Below are positions 37,437 to 47,732 of a stretch of DNA of 64,000 bases, one piece after another. The translations under genes were made by a program, and so were the position numbers. A model generated the notes under the pieces. The model was not told where the DNA came from. It worked only from the letters and a program-made list of their open reading frames with translations, and made no database searches. Every line of letters starts with the position of its first letter. The stretch's first letter is position 1. The stretch is from a virus (taxonomy: Duplodnaviria; Caudoviricetes), in IMG/VR virus record IMGVR_UViG_3300010355_000588. One strand, given 5' to 3'.

Positions 37437-37725
37437 TGGCGGCTTCTCCTTCAATTTTTGCTGCGAATTCTTTAACCCATTGCAATAGTGTATCTTGACC
37501 TTCTTTGGAAGAAATCTTGTAAAATAAAGCATATGCAGCAACCCCGCCACCAGAGAGCATTTTGTCTCCATCGCCGGAGATAAGTTTCATGCTGCCATCT
37601 GGATGAAATCCAATGAAAACGACATCTTCTTTTAGCATTTGCTCAATACTAGCAAGTAGATCGTCTTCTTTAATCTGTTCGCTCACTACAATAGCAGTAG
37701 CTTCGTCATTTGCGTTCTTATTCAT
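37429..37725 (-). CDS. Hypothetical protein
   Basis: Start reassigned to MNKNAND. Confidence 0.5.
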   Translation of the reverse strand: MNKNANDEATAIVVSEQIKEDDLLASIEQMLKEDVVFIGFHPDGSMKLISGDGDKMLSGGGVAAYALFYKISSKEGQDTLLQWVKEFAAKIEGEAANG

Positions 37726-38894
37726 AGTTGCACAGTTCCTTTCATAGTTTCTGGATCGTATTTTGAATAATCTACCGATAGACATCTCTGAGGTAAGGTG
37801 AATAACTTCAGCCACTTGGAGATGTTCTTCTCCATCCACCACCCATTCTTAGAATTCTCATCGCCATAATCTACTTTGTTCCGATTGTCCTTGACTACGT
37901 CTAAATATTTGCTCTGGCCTGAAAACAGTTTGTCGAGCTTGTTCTGCAATCCATTCGCGTCGTCGAAAGTCCATTCAGTATATTTGGAATAGGTCACTAG
38001 ATTCTGAGCCAACACTGGAATTCCCATCGCCCAACCTTCTATGAGTTTGATATTGGACTTGCAACGGTTGAAAATATTGTCCTGAAGAGGCGCCACAATG
38101 GCGTCGTAACCGCGTTCATGTAACTCACGGGGGTAGTTCAAGATATCGCTTCCAGCGTGCATTTTTATGTCGCCGGATTTTACCAGATCGATAAGCTGAT
38201 GAGGACAGGCACCTCCCATGAAGTGCCACTCGTATTTCTTGATAGTGTTCTTGATGAAGTCGATATATGGAGTAAGATCGTCGATGCAGTCGTTTTGCTT
38301 CTCGACGTCGAAGTGCGAGACGCTTAGGGGAAATACGATCTTTCGCTTAATTCTCTGGCGGTTGAAGCGTGACTTGATTCGTTCTATATCGTACATCTCA
38401 CCAATCCACCATCTCGGGAGATAGTTTGGAATAATGACGATCCGGTTAGCATCTACCTCAAATTTAGACACATAATATTGCTTCAGTTCTTCAGTAGTGG
38501 TGGTTACGATGTCCATGGTGTTGAGCATGGCTTTGAGATTCTCCATGATCTTAGGCTCTTGGTACATCTTGCGGCCGATGTTATACTTGGGAATATCTTC
38601 CCCGCCTAGAACGTCGTCCACATCCATCGACAGCCAGAAGCCCATCGTATCCCGCAGTGGCTTCAGGAAGTTCGTGACGAAGTGGCAAGACCCAGGACTG
38701 ATAGGCTTTTGGGTTTGGATGAGTTTTAGACCTCGATAGAATTCGGTGTCTAGAATATAGCGCATCGATTCGGTTCGAACGATCTTATCTTTTAGCAATG
38801 AACGCGTTACGTAAAATGGAAAATGTAAACGGTACGTACTGCAACCACTTGCGTCGCTAGGGATACTGAGGATATGCGAAACGGTTTTACTCAT
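37722..38894 (-). CDS. GT-B glycosyltransferase (phage type)
   Basis: DASGCSTYRL..P, DVDD, IPNYLP, APL.DN.FNRCKSNIKLIE. Confidence 0.8.
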   Translation of the reverse strand: MSKTVSHILSIPSDASGCSTYRLHFPFYVTRSLLKDKIVRTESMRYILDTEFYRGLKLIQTQKPISPGSCHFVTNFLKPLRDTMGFWLSMDVDDVLGGEDIPKYNIGRKMYQEPKIMENLKAMLNTMDIVTTTTEELKQYYVSKFEVDANRIVIIPNYLPRWWIGEMYDIERIKSRFNRQRIKRKIVFPLSVSHFDVEKQNDCIDDLTPYIDFIKNTIKKYEWHFMGGACPHQLIDLVKSGDIKMHAGSDILNYPRELHERGYDAIVAPLQDNIFNRCKSNIKLIEGWAMGIPVLAQNLVTYSKYTEWTFDDANGLQNKLDKLFSGQSKYLDVVKDNRNKVDYGDENSKNGWWMEKNISKWLKLFTLPQRCLSVDYSKYDPETMKGTVQL

Positions 38895-38940
38895 TACTAA
38901 CTCCAAATTTTATTTAGTACACTATGACACAAAATAAAAA

Positions 38941-39732
38941 CTAAAGATCTGCCACATTCGTCATTCCATTTTCTTTAGATTCTAATTTCTTCTTAGCATA
39001 AAAAGCCAACCGTGCTTGACTTAATTTTTCTTTATGTTCATCTGAAAATTTTTTACCTAAGCGTGCTTGACTTAATTTTTTTTTATGTTCATCTGAAAGT
39101 TTTTTGCCTAAGTGGGTTTGACTTAATTTTTCTTTAGTTTCTTCTGAATGTTTTTTACCAGTATTTCCTTGTCTTATCTTTTCTTTAGTTTCTTCTGAAC
39201 GTACTTTTCCTATATTTGCCTTGCTTATCTTTTCTTTGACTTCATCGGAAAGTTTTCTACCTAACCTAGCATGACGCATCTTTTCTTTAGTTTCTTCTGA
39301 ACATGCTTTACCTAACTTTGCCTTTTTTATTTTTTCTTTAGTTTCCTCCGAACGTTTTTTGCCTATGTTCTTCTTTCTACATTTTTCTTTAGTTTCTTCC
39401 GTATGTTTTTTACCTAAGTTATGTTCCCTGAGCTTTTCTTTAGTTTCTTCTGAATGTGATCCACCCCTTCCGCCTTCTTGGAGATTATATCCAATCCTTT
39501 TATTCGTAGCCTCTAACACCATTATCCAATAACGCTCCATTCTATCCAGTTCTTCTTGAATAGAACACTCGCAGAGAATATCTTTAGTGAAGTTCTCTTT
39601 TCCGTATGTTTTAATAGCTCTCCTGATTTTGGTGCCAGACCCAAAATAATCCGTGGATTCTTCGATGGCATAGGTACATTGGCCGACGTAGATTTTCTCG
39701 TTGACTAGGCAGGTGGTGAGATAGACGTACAT
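38941..39732 (-). mobile_element. Free-standing GIY-YIG homing endonuclease with tandem NUMOD3 repeats
   Basis: YVY...NEKIYVGQ, YFGSG, GYNL; about 9-10 17-aa repeats (SEETKEK); GGAG RBS before ATG 39732. Confidence 0.88.
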
Positions 39733-39767
39733 ATCGCGCTCCATATTGATGTGGTTAAGATTATTTA

Positions 39768-39802
39768 CAAAAAAATAGGAGAACACGTATTAGGTGCTCT
39801 CC
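39768..39802 (-). terminator. Intrinsic terminator between nrdD and endonuclease
   Basis: GGAGAGCAC...GTGTTCTCC followed by TATTTTTTT. Confidence 0.65.
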
Positions 39803-39857
39803 AAGCTCTCAGTTACCACACCAATGAGCAATATTATTTAGAGTATTCTTGGCCAAC

Positions 39858-41762
39858 TTATTTGATAGAAAGCCCATCGTTATTCTTATAAAACTTTCTA
39901 TGCGCATATTCTTCTCTACGGCTAGAACTCCAGCTCGAAATTTCCGTCATGAACCCCACCACTCGCATATATTTTTTCATGGGTTTGTCATGGCATGGCG
40001 AGTTCTCCATTTCTCCAATGTAGATCTTCTGGCAAGCTGGACATTGGAGCAATCTGTAGTTGACCGCAAAATAAACCACGTTGCTTTTTGCAGTGTGCTC
40101 GATAAGCTTCTTTGCTTGCTTCTTATCGATCTTTTCTTGGACGTTGATGTGTAGAATGGACCCGCCACCAACTGACTTGTCGAAATATCCTTGCACCTTA
40201 ATTCGGTTCGAGAGGCTGGTTTCCTTGGTCAGTGGGATGTATTGGTTTGAGTACAGATCGTAGTTGGCGTTCTCATATAAGATCTTATCCTTGGTTGCCA
40301 GAGCTGATGCCGCTGCTTCGCCTGGAATCTGTTCGACATTTCTGATCTTTCCGTCGATGGCAGATCGCTTGGCGTTCGCTCGATTCATGATCTCGACGAT
40401 TTCCTTGGCCTTAGTGGTGCCATCTTCATGGACGATGTCGAATCCAAGCATCTCAATGGCTTCGTTCATTCCAATGAAGCCGATGGTGCTGAATTGCTTG
40501 TTCAGATCCATATATCCATAACGATATAGAGGCAACTTTCCATTTGCGATGTTCTTCTCGATGGTCTCTCTGTGGATGTCGAGAATGTCTTGCGTTAGTT
40601 GGACCCGATATTCTAGAAGACGTTTGTAGTCATCCCAAGATTCTGTCTCATAGGCGATCTGAGGCAGGTTGATGGCTACTACTCGGTGCGATCCAATGTT
40701 GAGACCACCAGCACCAAAGCTGTTGGTATATTCTTTATTGGCTTCCTTGATGTCGTTTCGGAGTCTGCAACAACTTGAAAGAGAGTCACTTGTATTGCTC
40801 ATATAGATATTGAATAATCCATGTTCAGCTGTCACGTCAGACACATAGTCGAGGAATTCTCCATCCATCGGTTCGTTGTCTTTGTTTAGAAGCAAGCAAG
40901 CTGTTAGCACAGGAAATGTGAACAATCCATTCAACTGTTCTTCGCAATATACGTCCACAAACAGCTTCTGAACCGCTTTGACTGATTCCATATCTGGTTT
41001 GCTGAAGTCTGGGTTGACATGTTCCTTGAATAGATTTTCAAGCCAATATTTGTCGAAGATAGAGATATTCGTAAATGGCGACTGATTGGACCTCCAGCTG
41101 AAATTCAAGCTGCAGATGAACGACTGGAATTGTTGCTTGACGATCCGAACAGCAGCGGGCTGATTCTTCCAGTCAGCTCCGAAATCTTTTCTAATAAAGT
41201 ACTCGGCATATACGACGAAGTCAGGCAGCGCCACCGCTCCGGCGATTTGGTTGCTCAGATAACAGACATAGTTCAAAGTAAGATTAATGAACGAATCGAA
41301 GTGTTTGACTGGACCAATGTGTTTCTTATGGTAGAATGGCATTCCATTTTGGACAAGCATGTTCAACGATGACGCCCAACAATATGGCTTTTCCCAGAAG
41401 TGGAAGTCATGGATTCGGATGGAGCCTCTAATCTCAGCTTCGATGATTTTATTAGCCCTCTTGATTCCATGCTTCTTCATTGCCGACAGCCAGAGCTTAT
41501 ACATGGCGTTTAGCTTCATGATGGGCTTCTTCGATTCAGTCTCCCACGAGAAGATCGAGTTGTCGCTTACGTTCGCGTTGGCATCTACTGAGCAGTCAGC
41601 TATAGCAGACTTATCAGTCTTGAAGAATTTCTTAGAATAATTGTTGATGTCTAGGTCTTCTTCGCCAATACCAGACAAGGCGAGCATTTCAGCTCCATAT
41701 TGCTTACGGAGTCTCTCAACTAACGACACGAAGCGGTCGTCGAAGCTATGGTGGATTAGCAT
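39858..41762 (-). CDS. nrdD: Anaerobic (class III) ribonucleotide reductase
   Basis: HD...PYC, QSPFTN, FTFPVLT, SCCRL, glycyl-radical RVVGF. Confidence 0.93.
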   Translation of the reverse strand: MLIHHSFDDRFVSLVERLRKQYGAEMLALSGIGEEDLDINNYSKKFFKTDKSAIADCSVDANANVSDNSIFSWETESKKPIMKLNAMYKLWLSAMKKHGIKRANKIIEAEIRGSIRIHDFHFWEKPYCWASSLNMLVQNGMPFYHKKHIGPVKHFDSFINLTLNYVCYLSNQIAGAVALPDFVVYAEYFIRKDFGADWKNQPAAVRIVKQQFQSFICSLNFSWRSNQSPFTNISIFDKYWLENLFKEHVNPDFSKPDMESVKAVQKLFVDVYCEEQLNGLFTFPVLTACLLLNKDNEPMDGEFLDYVSDVTAEHGLFNIYMSNTSDSLSSCCRLRNDIKEANKEYTNSFGAGGLNIGSHRVVAINLPQIAYETESWDDYKRLLEYRVQLTQDILDIHRETIEKNIANGKLPLYRYGYMDLNKQFSTIGFIGMNEAIEMLGFDIVHEDGTTKAKEIVEIMNRANAKRSAIDGKIRNVEQIPGEAAASALATKDKILYENANYDLYSNQYIPLTKETSLSNRIKVQGYFDKSVGGGSILHINVQEKIDKKQAKKLIEHTAKSNVVYFAVNYRLLQCPACQKIYIGEMENSPCHDKPMKKYMRVVGFMTEISSWSSSRREEYAHRKFYKNNDGLSIK

Positions 41763-42250
41763 ACGATATATTCTCCAGTTTTGAATTGTTGATAAGTTAG
41801 CTGTATCCAATATGATATAGAAAGTTGCCAGAAAATGCGTTGGTTAGTAGCTGGATGAGCCAAGTCATATCCTTCATATCTGCCATCTACTATAAGATCG
41901 CAGACATCTTTGATTGATTCATCTAGCTGCTCGAATAGAAATCCGGTATATAGACAAACTTGCTTGTTTATGTATTTCTTTTTGAACGCCATACTCAGCT
42001 CGATCAGACGTTCAGGCTGGAATACTGCATCCCCACCAAGCCAACAGATTCCATCGATTAGATCTGCTTCTGAATCTACTATTTTTAGAAAACTATCAGT
42101 ATCCATCCATTGAGATGGATCGGAACTGAAATCCCAAAGTTGCTTATTATGGCAGCTAGAACATCTATGATTGCATCCAATGGCGTAAAAAGAGAGCGAT
42201 ATGTGAGTGGGTACTTCTTGAAAAGATATTTCGTGCTTGAAAATATACAT
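41756..42250 (-). CDS. nrdG: Class III RNR activase (radical SAM)
   Basis: CNHRCSSC, LGGD, LYTG, DGRY, NQR. Confidence 0.9.
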   Translation of the reverse strand: MYIFKHEISFQEVPTHISLSFYAIGCNHRCSSCHNKQLWDFSSDPSQWMDTDSFLKIVDSEADLIDGICWLGGDAVFQPERLIELSMAFKKKYINKQVCLYTGFLFEQLDESIKDVCDLIVDGRYEGYDLAHPATNQRIFWQLSISYWIQLTYQQFKTGEYIVC

Positions 42251-42339
42251 TTAGACGAATTACCTTACAGTTTGAAGTGATTAGTTATATTTATTGCGGT
42301 GAAAGGATGAAAAATAAGAGGAAAGAACGTATAAATGGT

Positions 42340-43221
42340 TTAGAACAATATCAAATCATCTTTAGCTTTCAGTCTTTTGGCACAAGCATTGAAAATCTTC
42401 TCCATATTGGCGTCCACATATGGTTTTAGATGATCTTTTACATCCTGAACCACCCTTTTCATCTTCTCTTGGTCCCCTGCCTTATTCCGAGAGACCGATT
42501 CGTGATGTACAATCCATGCTGATCTTACTAAATAATTAGTAAAACCAGCTAGCTTGCACTTCAGATTTAGCTCGACGTCTTCAAAACATTCTTTATATGC
42601 CTCATTGAAACCATCCATTTCTAAGAACAGCTTCCTGGACATGCCCAAGAACGCTCCGGTGGATCCAAGCACGTTTGCTTCTACATTGTCTTTATATTGT
42701 TCTGGATACTGATGGCCAAGATGAAGAAAATATGGCCAACCTTTTCTATAGATTAGAACTATTCCATCGTGCTGAGTTTTGGAATTTGGATAAAGAAGTT
42801 TAGAACCTATGGTTCCAACGTTTTCGTCTTTAGCCCATATGTAAGACATCTCTTCGAAGATATTGATACAGGTAATAGAATCAAAATCCGAACCTAATAA
42901 TTCGATGTCGTCATTGCAAAAAACATAATAATCTGGTCCATGGGTTAGACTGACAAGCCTAGCTATGTAGTTGTTGGTTCCAGCAAAATGGTATTTTCCA
43001 GCATTGTGATAGAATATGTTCTTTATCCACTTCGTACCATGAAGGTATTTCATGTTATGAAGGAACGCAAAAACATTGTCTCTATTAGATCCAGTATCTG
43101 CTATATGGATTTTGATGTCTAAAGACCTTGCGTTTTCGATAATGCTTGAGACGCATTTCTCAAGCAACTCGAAGTTGTCCTTAGTTGGGATTATTACTGC
43201 TAGATTCATTCGTAGTTTCAT
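42340..43221 (-). CDS. GT2 glycosyltransferase
   Basis: VIIPT, DTGS, NDD, TGAFL, FEDVE, HHES. Confidence 0.88.
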   Translation of the reverse strand: MKLRMNLAVIIPTKDNFELLEKCVSSIIENARSLDIKIHIADTGSNRDNVFAFLHNMKYLHGTKWIKNIFYHNAGKYHFAGTNNYIARLVSLTHGPDYYVFCNDDIELLGSDFDSITCINIFEEMSYIWAKDENVGTIGSKLLYPNSKTQHDGIVLIYRKGWPYFLHLGHQYPEQYKDNVEANVLGSTGAFLGMSRKLFLEMDGFNEAYKECFEDVELNLKCKLAGFTNYLVRSAWIVHHESVSRNKAGDQEKMKRVVQDVKDHLKPYVDANMEKIFNACAKRLKAKDDLILF

Positions 43222-43714
43222 CCTTTAGTTCGACCCATTCTAGCAACTCTACTTTATTGTTTTCAAGAATGCGATAAGATCCTTCTTTAGCCTCGACCCA
43301 GTCTTTCATGAAGGTCTGAACATTTCCATCTGGATGAACAACTACTTTAAAATCTACTGCGCCTTTAGTATATAGCTTTACTACTGGACCACCGGCTGTC
43401 TGTTGCGATGGTTGGCTTTGAATTTGTGGAGTCGGCCGTGTTGGTTCTGGTCTGACTATAGGATTATGAACCAACTTTTCTTCATGCTTCGTATTTCCAT
43501 ATAACGCGTCGATAGATGGCGCGTTCATAATGGCAGTAAGTGGAATTTCGACGCCTCGGCCATCAATTACTCGTATGTTCTTATATGCGAAAGCCTCAGC
43601 ATTGATAGTGTCCTTTAGAAGAACAACGTTGTCAGTATCCAACTGACGGTTTTCTTCGAACTTTTCGTAGACTGGCTCTCCAGCAGAATTGAAAGGAACA
43701 ATAGTAAATTTCAT
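43181..43714 (-). CDS. Hypothetical protein
   Basis: Two domains with P/Q linker. Confidence 0.6.
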   Translation of the reverse strand: MKFTIVPFNSAGEPVYEKFEENRQLDTDNVVLLKDTINAEAFAYKNIRVIDGRGVEIPLTAIMNAPSIDALYGNTKHEEKLVHNPIVRPEPTRPTPQIQSQPSQQTAGGPVVKLYTKGAVDFKVVVHPDGNVQTFMKDWVEAKEGSYRILENNKVELLEWVELKDETTNESSSNNPN

Positions 43715-43718
43715 GTCT

Positions 43719-44192
43719 TTACCCCATCACTAATTTGTTTACGACGACGCCATAATATTGCCTGCCATAGAATAAAATCTTATAGCTAACGCCTGTTTCT
43801 TCAGCAAAAAGCTGGCGCTTTTCTTTCAACTTGCAATATTTTCCCGTATAGTCGATCAGGACAGACGAAGTCTTGATATCTTTCCACATGGACATGTTCT
43901 GATGCTTATGCCTAACGATGGTCTTATATGGATCGAGAAATTGGCACGACGTATAGACGTTTCCTTCTGCGCTACTGACGTCGAACTCATAATAAGGAAT
44001 GGCCTTATTATATTCTTCTTCCAAGATTCCATCGAGACGGTTCATAAGAAAATCGCCATGATAGATGTCATAGGACAGAATGCCGAAGCGATTCAGCTTG
44101 TTCCCGTTTTCTGCCAGGAATTGTTTGATGTCCATTTCGTTGACCTGGACTGAACTTTCGTGCTGAACGAAGATCTTGCCGTTGAGAATCAT
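43719..44192 (-). CDS. Hypothetical protein
   Basis: ORF with RBS. Confidence 0.55.
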   Translation of the reverse strand: MILNGKIFVQHESSVQVNEMDIKQFLAENGNKLNRFGILSYDIYHGDFLMNRLDGILEEEYNKAIPYYEFDVSSAEGNVYTSCQFLDPYKTIVRHKHQNMSMWKDIKTSSVLIDYTGKYCKLKEKRQLFAEETGVSYKILFYGRQYYGVVVNKLVMG

Positions 44193-44221
44193 TTTCTTGC
44201 CTCTTACTGTTGTTTGGTTCT

Positions 44222-44770
44222 TTAATACGGAACACCAATCTGGTCTAGAATGGCGTCGACTTGTTCTTGATACTTATGTCTATTCGAATGGATCAGTTTG
44301 TCGTTAGCGTCTTCTATGAGTCCAATATCGCACAATTTGTTATCAGCATAGTTATAGTTTAGCTTTTCAGATAATATTCTCCTGAAATCTAAGGTATCCA
44401 GGTTCTTGCATCTGGCTACGTTGCTTCCGAACTTTTCTACAGCTGACAGGGCGATCCTGGTGAATAGAATTGGTTCTACTCCTATGATGGATGGGTCAGC
44501 TACCTTGTAGAGTGGCTCGTAGAAGTTTCCAGAATTTCTCCAGTTGTCTGATGGATGACATGACACCACCAATAGATTTTTAGATATTGGCTTCTTGACG
44601 TTATTCCATCGGTTGTTCACATACATCTTGAGCATTACTTCGAACTTGGAATCCATGACGACGATCAACTTCTCACTTTCGACGTCTAGCTTCACGTTGG
44701 AATCAAGCTCCTCAAGCAGATCCATGAAAGCCAGATTGAGAATGTCTATGAATCGTACGACGTTTAGCAT
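44222..44770 (-). CDS. Hypothetical protein
   Basis: ORF in operon. Confidence 0.55.
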   Translation of the reverse strand: MLNVVRFIDILNLAFMDLLEELDSNVKLDVESEKLIVVMDSKFEVMLKMYVNNRWNNVKKPISKNLLVVSCHPSDNWRNSGNFYEPLYKVADPSIIGVEPILFTRIALSAVEKFGSNVARCKNLDTLDFRRILSEKLNYNYADNKLCDIGLIEDANDKLIHSNRHKYQEQVDAILDQIGVPY

Positions 44771-44771
44771 G

Positions 44772-45329
44772 TTAGAGACCCATCATCTGTATATATTTGG
44801 CTATTAGAAGTCCGTCAGCATCCCCATGTTTTTTGATAAGCTTCTTGGTGGCTTCGTCGTCAACCATGGTCATGCCTAGCTCCATAGAAGCTTTCTTGAG
44901 ATTGTCTGAGCCCTTGATGTCTTCTCCAAGCAATTTCTTCTGCCACTCTTTGGAATCGATATAGTTTGTCGACAATGTTAGACCAGATAGTCTATCCAAA
45001 TAGTCAGCAAGCCATTCTAAAACAACCAACGTAGATTCCAAGGCCCTAGCGGCAGAAAGCGAAGCAGTAAACCGTCCTGGGTTAATCATCGGGCGCTCGA
45101 TATAAACAACTAATTCTACTTTTTCATCTGATTCTGTGCAGTAGTCATAGAAATCTTGAAGCATCGAATAAAGTTTGATATTATCCACTCGAGTGATGTT
45201 GGTCTTCTTTTTCTGGTAATTGAGTGAGCTTATAGTAGGCGTAAGACAAAATAGTAAGATCTGTCCATTGGTGTCTACTATTCCTATAGTACCAGTTGAT
45301 CCATTGTCAATGCCAATATAATACTTCAC
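44772..45329 (-). CDS. RuvC-like Holliday junction resolvase
   Basis: YIGIDNG, YIE, EWQK, DADGLLIA. Confidence 0.75.
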   Translation of the reverse strand: MKYYIGIDNGSTGTIGIVDTNGQILLFCLTPTISSLNYQKKKTNITRVDNIKLYSMLQDFYDYCTESDEKVELVVYIERPMINPGRFTASLSAARALESTLVVLEWLADYLDRLSGLTLSTNYIDSKEWQKKLLGEDIKGSDNLKKASMELGMTMVDDEATKKLIKKHGDADGLLIAKYIQMMGL

Positions 45330-46171
45330 AAATTCACCACGCTTTCTCCTTTGTATGGTTCAAACCGTTCCAGAATATTCTGTTGGACGATTTGAGGGAT
45401 CCGGTGAAGATCCATTAGCAATAGATTGCGCTTGAAGGCTGCCATGGCGTCTGGATTTTCGTCAAGCTTCTTCTTGAGCTTCTGTCTATCTTTTACTAAC
45501 TTTTTAGCTGTTCCTTCTCCGACACGTGGAAACACCTGTGGGATCTCATCTGATCCATCGCCAACAATGGCTTTAATCATGACAAATTCTTCGCGGTCGA
45601 TGTCTTCTTCTAGCTCAAGCATCTTACCTTGGATATTGATGATCTTGGCTCGATCGCATAGTTGAATAAGGTCATGGTCTGAAGCAATGACGATATTATA
45701 TTCGTTCTTGCATGCTTCGACACAAACTGCTATGATGTCGTCGCCTTCAGCTGCAGGAGCTGAGATGGTTTTGACGTCGTACTTTTCCTTGAGGTTTGGA
45801 ATAAGACTGTCTTTGACATAATTGAAGATGCCACTGAAGTCCATGGCCTTTTCATGTTGGGTGGAGTCTCTGGAAATCTTATATGAAGGAAAGTGATCTC
45901 GGCGCCAAATTTGCTTTCTTGGACAATCTAAACAGAAGTAGATCTTGCTTTTGTCGATAAGACCAAATTTGGAAACATTGTTTAGAATGTTGCGCCAAAA
46001 GCGATTGTCGAATTCTACTAGATATTCTGGATCGTCAGCTACCTTAAGTGGTTGGCCTGGAATGATGGTTGGTTCGAATTCGCGCACATACCACGTCCAA
46101 GTACTATATGCGCAATAGTAGACTGCATAAGACGTGTCGACGAAAACATTGGGAACGAGACCTGGAAACAT
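45326..46171 (-). CDS. rnh: T4 RNase H / FEN-family 5'-3' exonuclease
   Basis: WRR...YK, EGDDII, SDHDLIQL, GDGSDEIP. Confidence 0.9.
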   Translation of the reverse strand: MFPGLVPNVFVDTSYAVYYCAYSTWTWYVREFEPTIIPGQPLKVADDPEYLVEFDNRFWRNILNNVSKFGLIDKSKIYFCLDCPRKQIWRRDHFPSYKISRDSTQHEKAMDFSGIFNYVKDSLIPNLKEKYDVKTISAPAAEGDDIIAVCVEACKNEYNIVIASDHDLIQLCDRAKIINIQGKMLELEEDIDREEFVMIKAIVGDGSDEIPQVFPRVGEGTAKKLVKDRQKLKKKLDENPDAMAAFKRNLLLMDLHRIPQIVQQNILERFEPYKGESVVNL

Positions 46172-46219
46172 GATGCTAATCCAAACAAGTAGTTTAGGAT
46201 TTGATACGAATACGAAGAA

Positions 46220-46453
46220 TTAGCCTTTCAGCAATACTTCGTCGGAGTCGACATTTTCTTGTATTTCACCATTGGTTTTGTATGCTGAACAAAAATCAAG
46301 TTCTGGTTGTACGATGACTGGAAATCTACTAGTCATCGTTCCATTTGAATATCCAGTATTGTTAGCCATTGGCACTGGTGGATTCAGCCTACAAAAATGA
46401 GTTCTCTTTTCAAAGTGGACGCATGTCCTACAAACACGTTTTACAATATCCAT
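46220..46453 (-). CDS. Small Cys-rich protein
   Basis: CRTC...CRLNPP...FP...FC. Confidence 0.6.
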   Translation of the reverse strand: MDIVKRVCRTCVHFEKRTHFCRLNPPVPMANNTGYSNGTMTSRFPVIVQPELDFCSAYKTNGEIQENVDSDEVLLKG

Positions 46454-46467
46454 TATGACATAAACCT

Positions 46468-46746
46468 TTATTTTTTGGCGCTATCTTCTGGTTGTGTTTT
46501 TGCTTTCTTAGGATCTTCTCCGGGAGCGTCATAATCGGCCACATCGACGCCGTTCTTGGTGACCAAAGCAGGTCTACCAGCATAATTCAGAGGTTCCTTG
46601 CACATTGGACATTTCTGAGCATATTGTCCAACATATTTGGGAAGAATAAATCCACACTTGCAGACGAACTTCATCGTCGAATTGGTGACAACTGCTTTCC
46701 ATAGCGCGCCGGAAAGAATGGCTTCGCAAAGATCTTCGTACTTCAT
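46468..46746 (-). CDS. Zn-ribbon protein
   Basis: CKCG...CPMC. Confidence 0.55.
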   Translation of the reverse strand: MKYEDLCEAILSGALWKAVVTNSTMKFVCKCGFILPKYVGQYAQKCPMCKEPLNYAGRPALVTKNGVDVADYDAPGEDPKKAKTQPEDSAKK

Positions 46747-47729
46747 TTTAACTTCTCCAGTTTCAGCATAAGCATGTACTTGTCAATAGATGCTAAATTA
46801 TTTACGATATTATCCACTTTGCTGAAAGCTAAAGGATCATTTTTGACTATCACTTCGTCATTGATATCCTTAGCCTGATTCTTTCTCCAGACAAAGATTC
46901 TCATTTTAGGATGGGTTTTAAAACGCTTATCGATCTGTTCCTTGGCTGTTTTATCCATCCCTGGGTTGTCTGGCAACCATATCAGTTCGTGGAATGGATA
47001 TGCGCGCCGAAGTTCTTCTTCTTGATCTTCAGTCATGAAAATCCCGCCAACCGAGATTCCATTCTTAACAAAGATCGAATCGAACACGCCTTCCATAAAG
47101 AAGATATATGGAACATTTGGATCGATCTTGTCCAATCCAAAGATCTGCTTTTTAGTATTAGCTGGAAAGCGATATTTTGGGTCCTGGCCTTTGAAGAAAG
47201 CCCTCTCTTGATAATAGATGATCTTGCCATTTTCAAAGAATGGAATGACAATGCGCTTAGTGGTTATATTCCAGAAAAATCTTTGGGATCCAAGATATGG
47301 CGCTTCGAAGATTCTACGGGCTTCTAGGAATTTCTTATGCTGATCTTCAAGTTCTATCCATTCGTTTGGAATGACGAATGACCTCTTGGCTTCTTTGGCT
47401 TTGTGGACAGTCGGCTTAGTTGTTTTCTTCTTAAGATCGCCAGACGAAAATACTTTGGAATAGAATAGCTTTTTGACCTCTTCTTCCTGCATTCCAAAGA
47501 GGGCAGTGACAATACGGGTTCCACTATAATGAGCCCCACAGTTGAAGCAATGGAACGAATTGTCGTTAGCATAATAATTGCCCCTGGCTTTAGTTGTCGA
47601 TTGTCTTGAGTCTCCGCATATTGGACATCTAAAGTTCCATCGGTTGCCTCTATACTTGATATTAGAGATATTTTCTCGGATTTTGTCCTGAACGAACTGT
47701 TTGCTCTCGAAGTCAAAGTCAGCAAGCAT
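46743..47729 (-). CDS. DNA primase (gp61-like)
   Basis: CPICGDS...HCFNC, EGVFDS, PDN, KDIND. Confidence 0.92.
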   Translation of the reverse strand: MLADFDFESKQFVQDKIRENISNIKYRGNRWNFRCPICGDSRQSTTKARGNYYANDNSFHCFNCGAHYSGTRIVTALFGMQEEEVKKLFYSKVFSSGDLKKKTTKPTVHKAKEAKRSFVIPNEWIELEDQHKKFLEARRIFEAPYLGSQRFFWNITTKRIVIPFFENGKIIYYQERAFFKGQDPKYRFPANTKKQIFGLDKIDPNVPYIFFMEGVFDSIFVKNGISVGGIFMTEDQEEELRRAYPFHELIWLPDNPGMDKTAKEQIDKRFKTHPKMRIFVWRKNQAKDINDEVIVKNDPLAFSKVDNIVNNLASIDKYMLMLKLEKLK

Positions 47730-47732
47730 TGG

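Noticed and set aside
29606-41762. Inteins or introns in the polymerase or nrdD
   Set aside because: Both ORFs are continuous and of normal length; the GIY-YIG gene lies outside nrdD
43719-44192. TnsA-like or gp4-like endonuclease
   Set aside because: Only a vague resemblance; catalytic PD-(D/E)xK residues are not evident
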